Made by a program: the position numbers and the translations under genes
Shown here: piece after piece, positions 48,498 to 59,385 of the stretch
Layout of the letters: the number at the start of each line of letters is the position of its first letter
How positions within the stretch are numbered: position 1 is the first letter of the stretch
From: Candidatus Krumholzibacteriia bacterium
Lineage (GTDB): Bacteria > Krumholzibacteriota > Krumholzibacteriia > Krumholzibacteriales > Krumholzibacteriaceae
Assembly: GCA_963836185.1 (NCBI GenBank)
Contig: CAWIIQ010000001.1
Coordinates: forward strand, 1,568,001 to 1,632,000
Length of the DNA: 64,000 bases
Direction of reading: 5' to 3'
Notes under the pieces: generated by a model
Database searches by the model: none
Told to the model about the DNA's origin: nothing
The model's input: the letters and a program-made list of their open reading frames with translations, nothing else

Positions 48498-49990
48498 TCG
48501 TCATGAATCCCGAGATATGGGCGATAGTCGAAACGGACCAGGTAGGAGAGATCCTCGAGGAACTCGCTTCCGAGGAAAGTCTGCATCTTCGAAGGCTCGT
48601 ATCTGTTTCCGAGGCGCTTGGACTCGATGAGCCGCCTGGAGGAATAATCCTCGTTATTGACTCCACTTCCGGCCAATCCAGTCACCGTACACTGATAAAG
48701 CGTTTTACCAGGACGTTCATAAAGTTTGACGCCATTGTGTTCGGCCCTTCCGAAGAGAAAGGGTCCGAAGGTACCGACAGGCAGGCAGGCGTTGACCTCT
48801 ACGTTCCCGAACCTGTCGACCGCGAGGATTTCTTTGTAAGGGCGATCAACCTGATATCTCTGCGCAGGCTGAAAAGCGCGGCCGGTATAGTGGGACGGTC
48901 CGAGCCTCTTAACGAGATGCTCGAGATGGCGATGCAGGTAGCGCCTACAGAAGTCTCCGTGCTGATAGAGGGAGAAAGCGGGTCCGGCAAGGAACTGACG
49001 GCAAAGGTCCTTCATATGATGAGCAAGCGCAGCTCGAAGCCCTTCGAGGCTGTGAACGTCGGCGCCCTGGCTGAAGGGGTCCTCGAGAGTGAACTCTTCG
49101 GGCACGAGAAGGGAGCCTTTACAGGAGCCGTTGCCCGGAGGCGGGGACTCTTCGAACGTGCCGATACGGGGACTCTTCTTCTCGATGAGGTCGGCGAGAT
49201 GTCGCTCGGGATGCAGGTCAAGCTCCTGAGAGTACTCGAAACAGGTGAATTCATCAGGGTGGGCGGAGTCGAGAGGCTACACGCCGACGTCAGGCTGCTC
49301 GCGGCGACGAACAGGGAACTGGAGAGCGCCGTAGAACAGGGAATCTTCAGGAAGGACCTGTACTACAGGCTCAAGGTCGTCCAGATAAGGATACCGCCCC
49401 TGAGGGCGAGGCAGGAAGATATCCCCTTTCTCGTCCGGCATTTCCTGCGCACGTCCGCAAAACGGCATGGAAAGACGATCAAGGGGATAGACAGTAAAGG
49501 CATGGAGCTGCTCGTCCGATATCCATGGCCGGGCAATGTGCGTGAACTCTCCAACATGATCGACAATCTCGTCGTGTTGAGCAGGGCTTCCCAGATAGAG
49601 ACCGAGGAGATAGAAAAACGGATCCAGGACAGGGCTGCCGGAGAAAGCCAGGCTTTCCCGGGCCTGCCGGTACATGTCAACAAGACACGCGATGAGGTGG
49701 AGAGGGAGCTGATAATAAACTCCCTTCTTTCCCTGCATAACGATGTCAGGGAGATCCTGCATATGCTCAGGGACAAACAGGAGCAGGGCTCGGCCCCTGG
49801 AAGATGGGGGTCCTGGGTCGAGGTCGAGGAAGCCGGTGACGAACTGCATCCCGACCTGAACAGCATCGAAAAGGAAGCTATAAGGGAGGCCCTGTCCAGA
49901 AACGGCGGGAACAGGAGAAGAACCGCCAGGCAGCTCGGAATGTCTGAAAGGACGCTCTACAGGAGGCTCAAGGAGTTCGGGCTGGGTTGA
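48494..49990 (+). CDS. sigma54-dependent activator with degenerate N-terminal domain
   Basis: [25 protein letters not shown]; N-terminus lacks clear REC motifs. Confidence 0.88.
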   Translation: MIVMNPEIWAIVETDQVGEILEELASEESLHLRRLVSVSEALGLDEPPGGIILVIDSTSGQSSHRTLIKRFTRTFIKFDAIVFGPSEEKGSEGTDRQAGVDLYVPEPVDREDFFVRAINLISLRRLKSAAGIVGRSEPLNEMLEMAMQVAPTEVSVLIEGESGSGKELTAKVLHMMSKRSSKPFEAVNVGALAEGVLESELFGHEKGAFTGAVARRRGLFERADTGTLLLDEVGEMSLGMQVKLLRVLETGEFIRVGGVERLHADVRLLAATNRELESAVEQGIFRKDLYYRLKVVQIRIPPLRARQEDIPFLVRHFLRTSAKRHGKTIKGIDSKGMELLVRYPWPGNVRELSNMIDNLVVLSRASQIETEEIEKRIQDRAAGESQAFPGLPVHVNKTRDEVERELIINSLLSLHNDVREILHMLRDKQEQGSAPGRWGSWVEVEEAGDELHPDLNSIEKEAIREALSRNGGNRRRTARQLGMSERTLYRRLKEFGLG

Positions 49991-50130
49991 CAGGGAATGC
50001 CGGAGGAGTTGTTTTAATATTTGTTTCGGATTATGATGTTTGTTATAATTAATACGTTACAAGTGCCGGCCGTTCGCTGCTATAGATTTGGAGTTCTGAA
50101 TATATACCCCCTGGGAAATCGGAGAGTTGC

Positions 50131-51180
50131 ATGCGGATCCGTCATTTCGTGTTGTGCCTGATGCTGATACCGGGCCTCACTGTCGACGCGGCTGCTGAAA
50201 AATATGCCGGTGAGTTCATGGCCCTGGGCGGCGGCGCGAGGGCGATGGCTATGGGAGGCGCTTTCATCGCGGTCGCTAACGACGCTACCACGACATACTG
50301 GAACCCTGCAGGAATAGCCGATTTCTCCTCTTTTCTGACGACCCCGGGAAGCATGGAGATATCTCTGATGCATTCCGAGCGATTCGGAGAACTGATCGAC
50401 TACAACTACTTCTCCACCGTATTTCCCCTGAAAAACGGGAAGTCGGGCTGGGGAGTATCTCTAATACATATGGGCATCGATAATATCCGGATCGTTCCAC
50501 TGAACGAAGGGATGATAGACAACTCTGACGGCGATGACAGGTTCGAGCCCTGGAACGGTGAGAGCCTCAATTTCGACTACAGGAACTACCCCGAGGAAAG
50601 CGTCAACGACCTGGCGGTCTTCCTGTCCTACGGGCAGATGATGAGCTGGGGCGATGTCGGAGCTACTCTGAAGTTCATCAGGAACGACCAGGTGACGGGA
50701 GTCTCGAGTTTTGGCCTCGGCCTCGACCTCGGCTACGTCAGACGTGGCATCTGGCGCGACCTCGCTGTCGGTCTCAAGCTCCAGGATATCACAGGCACAT
50801 TTATAAGCTGGAGCACGGGGAAGCGCGAGTTCATCTATCCGGCGATCAAGGCCGGCCTGTCTTGGCCTGTGAGCATTAACAGCATGAACAGTGTTCTTGT
50901 CCTTGCAGCGGATGGTGATTTCAGATTTGAGAACAGAAAGTGGGTCTCCCAGTACTGGATCGGCAGCGCCAGCGCTGACTTCCATTTCGGCGCAGAACTG
51001 CTCATCCGTGACCTCGTAGCCCTGAGGGGCGGCAACGACATGGGCCGCTGGACAGCGGGCGCGGGATTCCTCCTTCAGGACTTCACCTCGTGGAAATTCA
51101 ATCTCGGCATAGATTACGCTTTTCTCATGCATGATGTTCTCGATACGACCCATCGTGTCTCACTACTCGTCTCATTCTGA
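50131..51180 (+). CDS. PorV/UPF0164-like outer-membrane barrel
   Basis: Signal peptide, GARAMAMGGAF.A.A.D....YWNPAG motif, terminal Phe. Confidence 0.75.
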   Translation: MRIRHFVLCLMLIPGLTVDAAAEKYAGEFMALGGGARAMAMGGAFIAVANDATTTYWNPAGIADFSSFLTTPGSMEISLMHSERFGELIDYNYFSTVFPLKNGKSGWGVSLIHMGIDNIRIVPLNEGMIDNSDGDDRFEPWNGESLNFDYRNYPEESVNDLAVFLSYGQMMSWGDVGATLKFIRNDQVTGVSSFGLGLDLGYVRRGIWRDLAVGLKLQDITGTFISWSTGKREFIYPAIKAGLSWPVSINSMNSVLVLAADGDFRFENRKWVSQYWIGSASADFHFGAELLIRDLVALRGGNDMGRWTAGAGFLLQDFTSWKFNLGIDYAFLMHDVLDTTHRVSLLVSF

Positions 51181-51218
51181 CAGGGCCGTTTACGGGAGCC
51201 CGGGGGTGTTGCAGCCGG

Positions 51219-52388
51219 TTGAAGATCCTCACAATGATACTGGCTGGCGGAACCAGTGAGGGACTCTCGGTTCTTACACGGCACAGGGCCAGGACGGCAG
51301 TCCCTTTCGGGGGTCGTTACAGAGTCATCGATTTCTGTCTGAGCAATTGTGTCCATTCAGGACTGACCGATATAAACATCCTCGCGCAGTACAACCCGAA
51401 ATCACTGATAGAGCATATAAGGATGGGCAAACCATGGGACCTCGACAGGAAGCATGGCGGCGTGACTATCCTGCACCCTTCATACCGGGGAGAAGCAGCT
51501 CACTGGTATCTTGGCACAGCCGACGCTCTTTACCAGAATCGGGATATCATAAGAAACTCAGGATGTGAGCTCGTGCTCGTCCTATCGGGCGATCAGGTTT
51601 ATACCGCCGATTACGGTGAGATCGTCGCATATCATCTCTCCCACAACGGCCCCGTCACTATAGCCTGCAAGAAGGTCTCGCCGAAAGACGTCTCGAGATT
51701 CGGCATGGTCAGGTGCAGCAGAAACGGGATAGTCAGGCAGTTCAGGGAGAAACCGAAGCGTGCACTGGCGAGCGACAGGGCATCGCTCGGGATGTACCTG
51801 TTCGACGCGCGTCTTCTCTCGAAGATTCTGAAAGGGAGCAGGACCGATATCGTGTTCGACATGCTTCTTCCCATGATAGAGGATGGAAATGTATACGCCT
51901 TTCCATTCGAATCTTACTGGGAGGATATCGGGTCGCTACCCGCGTATTACGGGGCGTCGATGAGGCTTCTCAGGGGATCGTCGCTGATATCACAGAAGGG
52001 ATGGCCCATATATACCCGGGGCGAGGATCTTCCGCCCGCACGCTTCTGCCAGGGTTCCGAGGTCTCCGGTTCGATAACGGCCTGCGGCTGCAGGATAGAG
52101 GGCAGGGTCAACAACAGCATCCTCTTTCCCGGCGCCGTTGTTGAAAAAGGAGCGGAAGTCAGCAACAGCATAATATTCTCCCGGACGAGGGTCCGAGAGG
52201 GCGCGATGGTAGAGAGGACGATACTCGACAAGGATGTGACTGTAGGGACCGGCGCCATCGTCGGGAAAGTCTCATCCAGGTCAGGCGATATAACCGTTAT
52301 CGGAAAGGGAGCTTCGATCAGGAACGGCATCGCCGTAAAACAGGGCAGGATCGTCGAGCCGGGTGAAAGGGTGAGGGACGAGGAATGA
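51219..52388 (+). CDS. ADP-glucose pyrophosphorylase family, degenerate (GlgD-like) subunit
   Basis: VPFGGRYR.IDF.LSN, GTADA, GD, EKP retained; GxGxRL and RAKPAV altered to GTSEGL and RARTAV. Confidence 0.75.
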   Translation: MKILTMILAGGTSEGLSVLTRHRARTAVPFGGRYRVIDFCLSNCVHSGLTDINILAQYNPKSLIEHIRMGKPWDLDRKHGGVTILHPSYRGEAAHWYLGTADALYQNRDIIRNSGCELVLVLSGDQVYTADYGEIVAYHLSHNGPVTIACKKVSPKDVSRFGMVRCSRNGIVRQFREKPKRALASDRASLGMYLFDARLLSKILKGSRTDIVFDMLLPMIEDGNVYAFPFESYWEDIGSLPAYYGASMRLLRGSSLISQKGWPIYTRGEDLPPARFCQGSEVSGSITACGCRIEGRVNNSILFPGAVVEKGAEVSNSIIFSRTRVREGAMVERTILDKDVTVGTGAIVGKVSSRSGDITVIGKGASIRNGIAVKQGRIVEPGERVRDEE

Positions 52389-53647
52389 TCAAGCAGATGT
52401 CGGCATTCATACTGGCCGGTGGAGTCGGGAAACGTCTCAGCCTGCTGACTTCAAACAGGGCGAAACCTGCCGTTCCCTTCGCCGGAAAATACAGGATAAT
52501 TGATTTTACGATAACTAACTGCGTAAGGTCGGGGATCGGCGAGGTATACGTCCTTGCACAGTATATATCCCGCTCGCTTGAACGCCACCTGGGAATAGGG
52601 AAGCCCTGGGATCTTGACCGTGCGACAGGAGGACTTCACATACTGCATCCGCATCTTGGTTTCAGGGCTGCGGACTGGTACAAGGGAACTGCTGACGCTC
52701 TCTACCAGAACATGTCGATACTGGAATCTCTTGATTCAGAGCATGTGCTGATCCTGTCAGGCGACCATGTATATAACATGGACTATGGAGAATTTCTCAA
52801 GTATCACATAGCTTCCGGCAGGCCGGCAACTGTAGCGGTGACAGATGTTCCAGCGAGCATGACCAGGCATTTCGGTATCGCCACTGCCGACTCAAAGGGA
52901 AAGATCCTCCGCTTCGATGAAAAGCCTCTGAAAACGAGAAGCAGGCTCGCCTCGATGGGGATATATATCTTCGATCGCCGTTTCCTGATGAGCACGATGG
53001 AGAGGATCAAGAAATCGCACGACGATCTCGATTTCGGCAAGCATGTCATACCGGACCTCGTCGCGAGGGGGAAGATAACCGCCTACAGATATCAAGGCTT
53101 CTGGCTCGATATAGGGACCATGAAGTCTTACTACATGGCATCGCTCTCTCTGCTTTCAAAGCAGCCCCGTCTGAAACTGTCGGGTGAAGGTTACGGCGTT
53201 ATGACCGCCCCTAACGACCATCCGCCGATGAGGATGATGAAGGGGGCCAGAATCGAGAGATCGATGATCTGCAGTGGCTCAGTGATCTCCGGAACAGTCC
53301 TTTCATCAGTCCTGTCTCCCGGGGTGATCGTAGAGAAAGGCGCCGTCGTCGAGGGATCGGTCATCCTGCAGGATTGTGTAATAGGGAAGGGCTCCCGGCT
53401 GAAGAATGTCATCCTAGACAAGGAAGTCCGTGTAGGAAGCGATGCCGTGATCGGCGCCGGTGATGCCAGGACCGCCAATGATATCCAGCCGGAGTATCTC
53501 GATTTCGGGGTGACACTCGCGGGCAAGGGGACCAGGATTCCTTCAGGTATCAGTATCGGGACAAACTGCCTTCTGGCTGGCCGTATTCCGCGAATAGATA
53601 TCCCTGATGGAAAGAGCTCGCTCTCCTCGGGGGATAAGTCAGTCTGA
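52385..53647 (+). CDS. glgC: Glucose-1-phosphate adenylyltransferase
   Basis: LAGG.G.RL..LT..RAKPAVPF.GKYR, WY.GTADA, SGDH, F.EKP, DFG. Confidence 0.88.
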   Translation: MIKQMSAFILAGGVGKRLSLLTSNRAKPAVPFAGKYRIIDFTITNCVRSGIGEVYVLAQYISRSLERHLGIGKPWDLDRATGGLHILHPHLGFRAADWYKGTADALYQNMSILESLDSEHVLILSGDHVYNMDYGEFLKYHIASGRPATVAVTDVPASMTRHFGIATADSKGKILRFDEKPLKTRSRLASMGIYIFDRRFLMSTMERIKKSHDDLDFGKHVIPDLVARGKITAYRYQGFWLDIGTMKSYYMASLSLLSKQPRLKLSGEGYGVMTAPNDHPPMRMMKGARIERSMICSGSVISGTVLSSVLSPGVIVEKGAVVEGSVILQDCVIGKGSRLKNVILDKEVRVGSDAVIGAGDARTANDIQPEYLDFGVTLAGKGTRIPSGISIGTNCLLAGRIPRIDIPDGKSSLSSGDKSV

Positions 53648-55444
53648 TTCGACCCAGATCATCAGCCTGTCACCGGGGAAGACGAGATCCTTCTTCACAC
53701 TGTTGTTCCAGGCCAGTATATCCGATACCCTGGTCCGGTACCTTCTGCTGATCGAACTTAGCGTCTCGCCTTTTCTGACAGTGTGGTAGACCTTTTTCTT
53801 ACCTTCCATGCTGCCGGAATCGGCCGTATTGACATTCGATCCGGTAGGAAGGTATATCACGAGACTCTGCCCCGGGTGGATGGTAGAACTGTTGCGCAGG
53901 TTGTTCCATCTTCTCACCTTGCTCAGACCCACATGATACCGTTCGGCTATCTCGCTCAGAGTGTCCCCGTCCCTGACCCTGTAGACGACCTTTGTCTGAT
54001 TCTTCGGCGGTGTGTATTTCTTGATCGTGATCTTCGAAGGAAGATTCGGCGACTCCTTGTATTTCGGTTTGCTCGTCACAGAGGCTACCTGCCCTGAGTC
54101 CTTGACAGGAATCAGGAGAATCTTGCCTTCCCTGATCTTGTGCGCGTTCTGGATGTTGTTTATCTTCTTCAGCTCAGACTGTGATATCTCGTATTTCGAC
54201 GCTATCCTCGAAAGGGTCTCGCCCTTTCGGACCTTGTGCCTGTGCCATGAAACACGCTCTTCAGGGGGGATGCCGGACAGAACCGCCAGCACCGCGTCCC
54301 CTTTTCCTTCGGGGACCTTGATGTCTATCTCCGCATCGGGGGGAGTGGCCCATCTTTTCAGCGTTGGATTGAGTTTCTTTATCCTCGTGACCGTGCAGTC
54401 GGCCCCTCTGGATATATGTTTCAGATCGGTGGAGCGGTCGATCGTAACCATGTCGAAAGTCACGGGCTCGACATGCCCGATCTTGAACCCGTAAGCAGCC
54501 GGGTCCCGGCCTATTGTCAGGGCGGCCATGAATTTCGGCACGAACCACTTCGTCTGACTGGGCAGGCGCAGCTGCCAGTAGTCGTCGGTCTTCTGCCTGG
54601 ATATGGCGCCAGCTACCCTGTACTCGCCGGCATTATATCCAGCCAAGGCAAGATCCCAACGTCCGAACAGGCCATGCAGATATTTCAGGTAGTTGGCCGC
54701 CGCGTACGTAGCGGCTACAATGTCTTTACGTTCATCGATCCACCAGTTGATCCGCAGTCCGAAGAGCCGCCCGGTTCCGGCCATGAACTGCCAGGGACCG
54801 GTCGCCTTGACGCTCGATCTCGCGTTGAGATTCAGGCCGCTCTCTATCACGGCGAGAAAGAGGAGGTCGCGGGGAAGTTCCTGCTCTACGAGGATGGGCT
54901 CGATTATGTCACGGTACATCTCGACCCGTTCGAGCCACCGGTGAAAGTTTCTCCTGCCTTTTCCCTGGAAATATTGAAGCCAGTGCTCAGTTCGCCAGTT
55001 CAGGACTACTTCTATCTCTTCCTCGACGACATGGTTCTGGCCTATCGAGTCGATGACGGAAGTCATCAGGTCGCGCCATTCGGTTTCCGCCTCTTCATTC
55101 TCGATGTGACTGGTCAGGATGATCGCGCGGTGCTCGAGTGTGTCTAGATGATCGCAGACGAATATGTCCGGTCCGGTTGATCTGAAATCGTTGATATCTC
55201 CCAGCAGGGATTCGCTCAGGGAGAGGGAGTAGTCGAGGTCACCAAGGCTGTAGAATGCCTCGGCTTCATCGAGTTTCCTGCTCAGCAGCATGAGCTGGGG
55301 ATACAGGAAGTAGACCTCTTCCTCGGATACCGATGCCTCGTAATCGGCTTGACCGGACGATTTTCCACTTTTACCGGCAGGAAAGCAGGCAGTAAGGGAA
55401 ATCGCCGCCAGCAGGGTCAGCAGCAGCATCAGAACGCGTCTCAT
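53639..55444 (-). CDS. Membrane-bound lytic murein transglycosylase D-like lipoprotein (SLT + LysM repeats)
   Basis: GGAGG SD; lipobox LTAC; IES, G.WQFM, AGYNAG; three clear LysM repeats (V.KGETLS.I type). Confidence 0.9.
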   Translation of the reverse strand: MRRVLMLLLTLLAAISLTACFPAGKSGKSSGQADYEASVSEEEVYFLYPQLMLLSRKLDEAEAFYSLGDLDYSLSLSESLLGDINDFRSTGPDIFVCDHLDTLEHRAIILTSHIENEEAETEWRDLMTSVIDSIGQNHVVEEEIEVVLNWRTEHWLQYFQGKGRRNFHRWLERVEMYRDIIEPILVEQELPRDLLFLAVIESGLNLNARSSVKATGPWQFMAGTGRLFGLRINWWIDERKDIVAATYAAANYLKYLHGLFGRWDLALAGYNAGEYRVAGAISRQKTDDYWQLRLPSQTKWFVPKFMAALTIGRDPAAYGFKIGHVEPVTFDMVTIDRSTDLKHISRGADCTVTRIKKLNPTLKRWATPPDAEIDIKVPEGKGDAVLAVLSGIPPEERVSWHRHKVRKGETLSRIASKYEISQSELKKINNIQNAHKIREGKILLIPVKDSGQVASVTSKPKYKESPNLPSKITIKKYTPPKNQTKVVYRVRDGDTLSEIAERYHVGLSKVRRWNNLRNSSTIHPGQSLVIYLPTGSNVNTADSGSMEGKKKVYHTVRKGETLSSISRRYRTRVSDILAWNNSVKKDLVFPGDRLMIWVESD

Positions 55445-55654
55445 CCAGTCTAACCTCCAAGTCTGGCGTAATATATCCAAATCCACGGCTACATTCAAGT
55501 CGAGAAGCTGCCGTGGATATCCTGACTGTTATACGGACATATGCAGGATTGGTGCCCCAGGTTCTGTCCTAACCCCTTTAAATCGAGGGCGTATTCGTGT
55601 ATAATTACTTATGGAATAGACCGTAACAACGACCCTGCTTAAGCGAGACGTACT

Positions 55655-56948
55655 ATGCATCACGGGTTCGAGAAAGACTACAGTTTTCTCCTGTCGAGAC
55701 TTATCCCCAGACAGCTTCTGTCCGCGAAGAGGATAGAGGGGATCAGGAATGCCCTCTCATCCGGAATACGTTCCGAACTCATGAGTGAGGCGTGGCTCGC
55801 GATGGAGGAACTCGTCGCGCTCAGGATCTACGATCGCGGGCTTCCCGAGAGCAGGGGGGGCGAGGTGCATGTCCAGTTTACCGAGCGAGCGGGCCCGTCA
55901 AGGATCACCCTCGAGATGCCCTCGGCGGAATACAGCGCCGTATCCGGAACTGAAAGGCGCCAGGGAGGGGTAGTCCCTTCCGTCCTTGCCGGGATCATAT
56001 CGGCTCTGTCTCTCGATGATTCACCAGTCAATATCATCAGACCGGCTCGAGAATCTTCTCGATCTCGCAGGTACGATCGAGCCAGGGGCTTCCGCCTTCC
56101 TGATGCTCTTCAGCGAATTCGAGGCTCCTAATATCAGAATATCCGGACGGATCGGGGAGACTTCACTTGCCGACGCGGAAACGGGCGGATTCTACAGTCC
56201 TTCACTAAGCTCGGACGCTCCGGTGATCATTCTCGGAAAGGGGCGTATGAGCGGCGGCATCTTCAAGGTAGATGGAAGGACCGATACGCTCATGCTCTTT
56301 CCGCTCAGGAGCGAAGGACTCGTATATGGTCTGCTAGAGGTCCATTCGGTCACCGGGGGAAGGCAGGCGGACGAAAAGATGATGAACTATCATCTCATCG
56401 CGAAAGGGATCATCAGGGTACTGGACAACAACAGGCAACTGGAGCGAATGGTCTCTATCGACAGGCTCACAGGAGTCAACAACAGGAACAACTACGAGAT
56501 CCAGCTTCCTCTCGAGATGGAAAGAGCGACACGTAACAGGAAATGTCTCGCTTTCCTTATAATGGATATTGACGATTTCAAGTTCTTCAATGACAAGTAC
56601 GGCCACGATACCGGCGACAAGGTTCTGAAACTCGTCGCTGAAACTGTCAGGAAGCACCTGAGGAAGATCGATCAACTGTTCAGATTCGGCGGTGAGGAAT
56701 TCATCGCGCTGCTTCCTGGAGCAGGACGTGAAGCGGCGGAAAGGACCGCCGAGAGGATCCGTGAAGTAGTGGCGGGAACAAAACTGACGACCGATGATGG
56801 AAGTTCTCTCGGAATAACGATCAGCACGGGCGGATGTATATTCCCGGCAGACGCCGGGGACGAGGAAGAACTTTTCCGTAAGGCTGATCAGGCGATGTAC
56901 AGAGCAAAGAGGGAGGGCAAGAACAGGGTCTCGTTCTTCGGCGGATAA
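55655..56948 (+). CDS. Diguanylate cyclase (GGEEF); +1 frameshift near 56036
   Basis: DRLTG..NR, DIDDFK..ND.YGH..GD, RKID I-site, RFGGEEF; the upstream ORF joins in the +1 frame. Confidence 0.82.
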
Positions 56949-56974
56949 ACCGGACGTGTGCGGCAGGGAGGTGG

Positions 56975-58615
56975 ATGGTGTTTGTGTGGTGGGCCGTATT
57001 TTTCTTTGCCGGAGCTTTCGTTCCCTCAGGCTGTCCGGGAATCGGTGCGGCGCTTGGAACTGCTTCGATCATCGCTGTTCTTCCATGTAGAGCCGGCACC
57101 GAATTCAGGTGGCGGTTTTTTCTTACATGTGCTTCCGGTCTTTTCGTACTCGCGACAGCATCTCTTTCACCGGTAGACATCGACATTCTCTCAGGCAGGT
57201 CGAGACCCTCTCTCGCCCGGGCCGGAAGTTTTCCCGCCGCCGTTCGTGTCGTACGAGACGGAATTATCGGTCTCACCGAAGACCGGCGATTGACCGGCGA
57301 GACAGGGAGTCTTCTCAGAGCTCTCCTCGTAGCGGAGAGGAAAGCGCTTTCGCCGGGTATACGCCGGGACTTCCGAAAGACCGGCACAGCCCACTATCTC
57401 GCGTTGAGCGGTCTTCACCTCGGGCTGATAGCAGTGCCTCTCTTCGGGATACTCACTCTCTGCGGAGCGAGGGGCGTATTCCGGGATGTGTCAGCTCTTT
57501 TCGCGCTCTCGTTCTACGCGGCGGTCGCTGGACAGCCAGGATCTCTTCTCAGGGCCCTGTCGATGATGACGTTTATCCGGACCTCAAGGCTCGCGGGCAT
57601 AAAAACCGGTCCGGGACGATGCGTAATAGCCGGGGCGTTCCTCGTATGTATCCTCGACCCGGCGTCATTGAACGACACCGGGTTTCTTCTCTCGTTCAAC
57701 GCAGCGGCCGGGGTGGCCCTGCTTGGAGTGCCGGCGTGCACTTCCATACAACAGTACCTGCCGCGAAGAAGGCTGAGAAGGGTGATCACTCTTCCATTGC
57801 TGACACTCGTGATGTCGTTCTGCGTCCAGCTCTCGATGCTGCCCCTCATAGTGAGGATATTCGGATTCGCGCCTCTTTCAGGCCCGATCATGAGCGTCCT
57901 GCTTTCACTGCCGGTAACATTACTGCTGTATGGCGGCTTCCTCTATGTCATCGCAGGGCATCTTTGGGCATCGGCAGCCGCTCCGCCACTCAATATGCTT
58001 TCCACTCTGACTGCCGGCATCGTATCCAGAGGAGCGGGGCTCTCGAGAGCCGGGCTGATCATCACAGATTTTGACATCCGGATCTATATACCCGGGCTTG
58101 CAGCCGCTGCCTGCTCTCTGAAGATGGAGGCCCGCGGCAAGTGGCTGCTCATAGCAGGGACTCTGATGACGCTCCTGTCATTCGCGCCGATCCTTTCCGG
58201 AGATGTGAATATTCCGGTGAACATCCCGGAGAGAGGCGCCCGGGTGATCGGGGGCGACGACGGGATACTGGTCCTCGATGAATGCCCAGCGGCAAGGTCC
58301 GCACCATACCTGTCGAGGGACCTGCGCAAATCCGGGGTCAGGAGGCTTGAGTCTTTGGTCATACTTGGCGCGGGAGAGTTCGATGTAGAAGGCCTCTTGT
58401 GCCTGACAGCCGACTTCAGGCCGGAGACAGTGTTTCTCAGTCCGTGGCTGAACGGTGAAAGTACCGGGAACGTAGAATGCACATTTGTCAGGACTGATAC
58501 GGTTCTGGGGGGAGCTGGAGCGCGGCTTTCAGTCAATGCGCCAGCTGTCCTTCCGCGGAGAGGGGCCCGGGCGACAGGAAAGGAATCATCACTGACCATA
58601 TCACCGCTTGACTGA
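56975..58615 (+). CDS. comEC: ComEC/Rec2 competence membrane protein
   Basis: G.AHYLALSGLHLG, S.LRA..M, GFLLSF.A; degenerate C-terminal domain. Confidence 0.8.
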   Translation: MVFVWWAVFFFAGAFVPSGCPGIGAALGTASIIAVLPCRAGTEFRWRFFLTCASGLFVLATASLSPVDIDILSGRSRPSLARAGSFPAAVRVVRDGIIGLTEDRRLTGETGSLLRALLVAERKALSPGIRRDFRKTGTAHYLALSGLHLGLIAVPLFGILTLCGARGVFRDVSALFALSFYAAVAGQPGSLLRALSMMTFIRTSRLAGIKTGPGRCVIAGAFLVCILDPASLNDTGFLLSFNAAAGVALLGVPACTSIQQYLPRRRLRRVITLPLLTLVMSFCVQLSMLPLIVRIFGFAPLSGPIMSVLLSLPVTLLLYGGFLYVIAGHLWASAAAPPLNMLSTLTAGIVSRGAGLSRAGLIITDFDIRIYIPGLAAAACSLKMEARGKWLLIAGTLMTLLSFAPILSGDVNIPVNIPERGARVIGGDDGILVLDECPAARSAPYLSRDLRKSGVRRLESLVILGAGEFDVEGLLCLTADFRPETVFLSPWLNGESTGNVECTFVRTDTVLGGAGARLSVNAPAVLPRRGARATGKESSLTISPLD

Positions 58616-58757
58616 GAGAGTGATGACGGATAATATCCAGCATCATCGGATTCGACGCAGGAGACGGCGGCGGACTTCCGGACGGGCGCCACTGAAGGCG
58701 GCCAATATCCAGCATAAGAGGACTCTGTGTTCCAGCCCTCTCGTTCAGGGAGTGATG

Positions 58758-59385
58758 ATGGAAGAGAATATCAAGATCGCGGTATTAGCCTCCGGCCGGG
58801 GAAGCAATTTCAGGGCACTGGCGAAGGCATGTCTCGATGAGGATTATCCGGCTGAGATAGCTCTGCTTATATCCGACGATCCGGATGCGGGAGCGCTGGT
58901 ATTCGCCCGGGAAAACGGCATCGAATACGCTGTGGTCGACTGCGGCCCGAAGAGAGGTTCGATGTCTCCAGATTCCAGCGAGGAGATGCATCGTCTCTGC
59001 GCTGAGCGCGGTGTCGGGCTCGTCTGCCTTGCTGGATTCATGCGCATAGTCAAGGGCAGGCTGCTTGATGAATATGGTGGCAGGATGCTGAACATCCATC
59101 CGGCCCTGCTTCCGAGCTTCAAGGGGCTGCATGGACAGAAACAGGCCCTCGACTACGGCGTACAGTATTCTGGATGCACGGTGCATTTCGTCGACGCTGG
59201 AATAGACACGGGCCCGATAATAATGCAGAAGGTCGGTCCCCGTACTGCCTGACGACAGCGAGGATTCCCTGAGCGAGAGGATACTCGCTCAGGAACACGC
59301 GGCATATCCGGAAGCGGTCCGGCTCTACGCCGAGGGAAGGCTACGGATCGAGGGAAGGAGAGTTCTGATAAGTGATGACAAGTGA
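58758..59385 (+). CDS. purN: Phosphoribosylglycinamide formyltransferase; +1 frameshift near 59236
   Basis: ASGRGSNF, LAGFMRI, NIHPALLPSF.G, GCTVHFVD...DTGPII; the +1 frame continues VPVLPDDSEDSLSERILAQEH..YP. Confidence 0.9.

Noticed and set aside
58608-58757. Arg-rich N-terminal extension of PurN
   Set aside because: PurN homology starts at MEENIKIAVL with its own GGGAG SD; the extension is probably untranslated leader.
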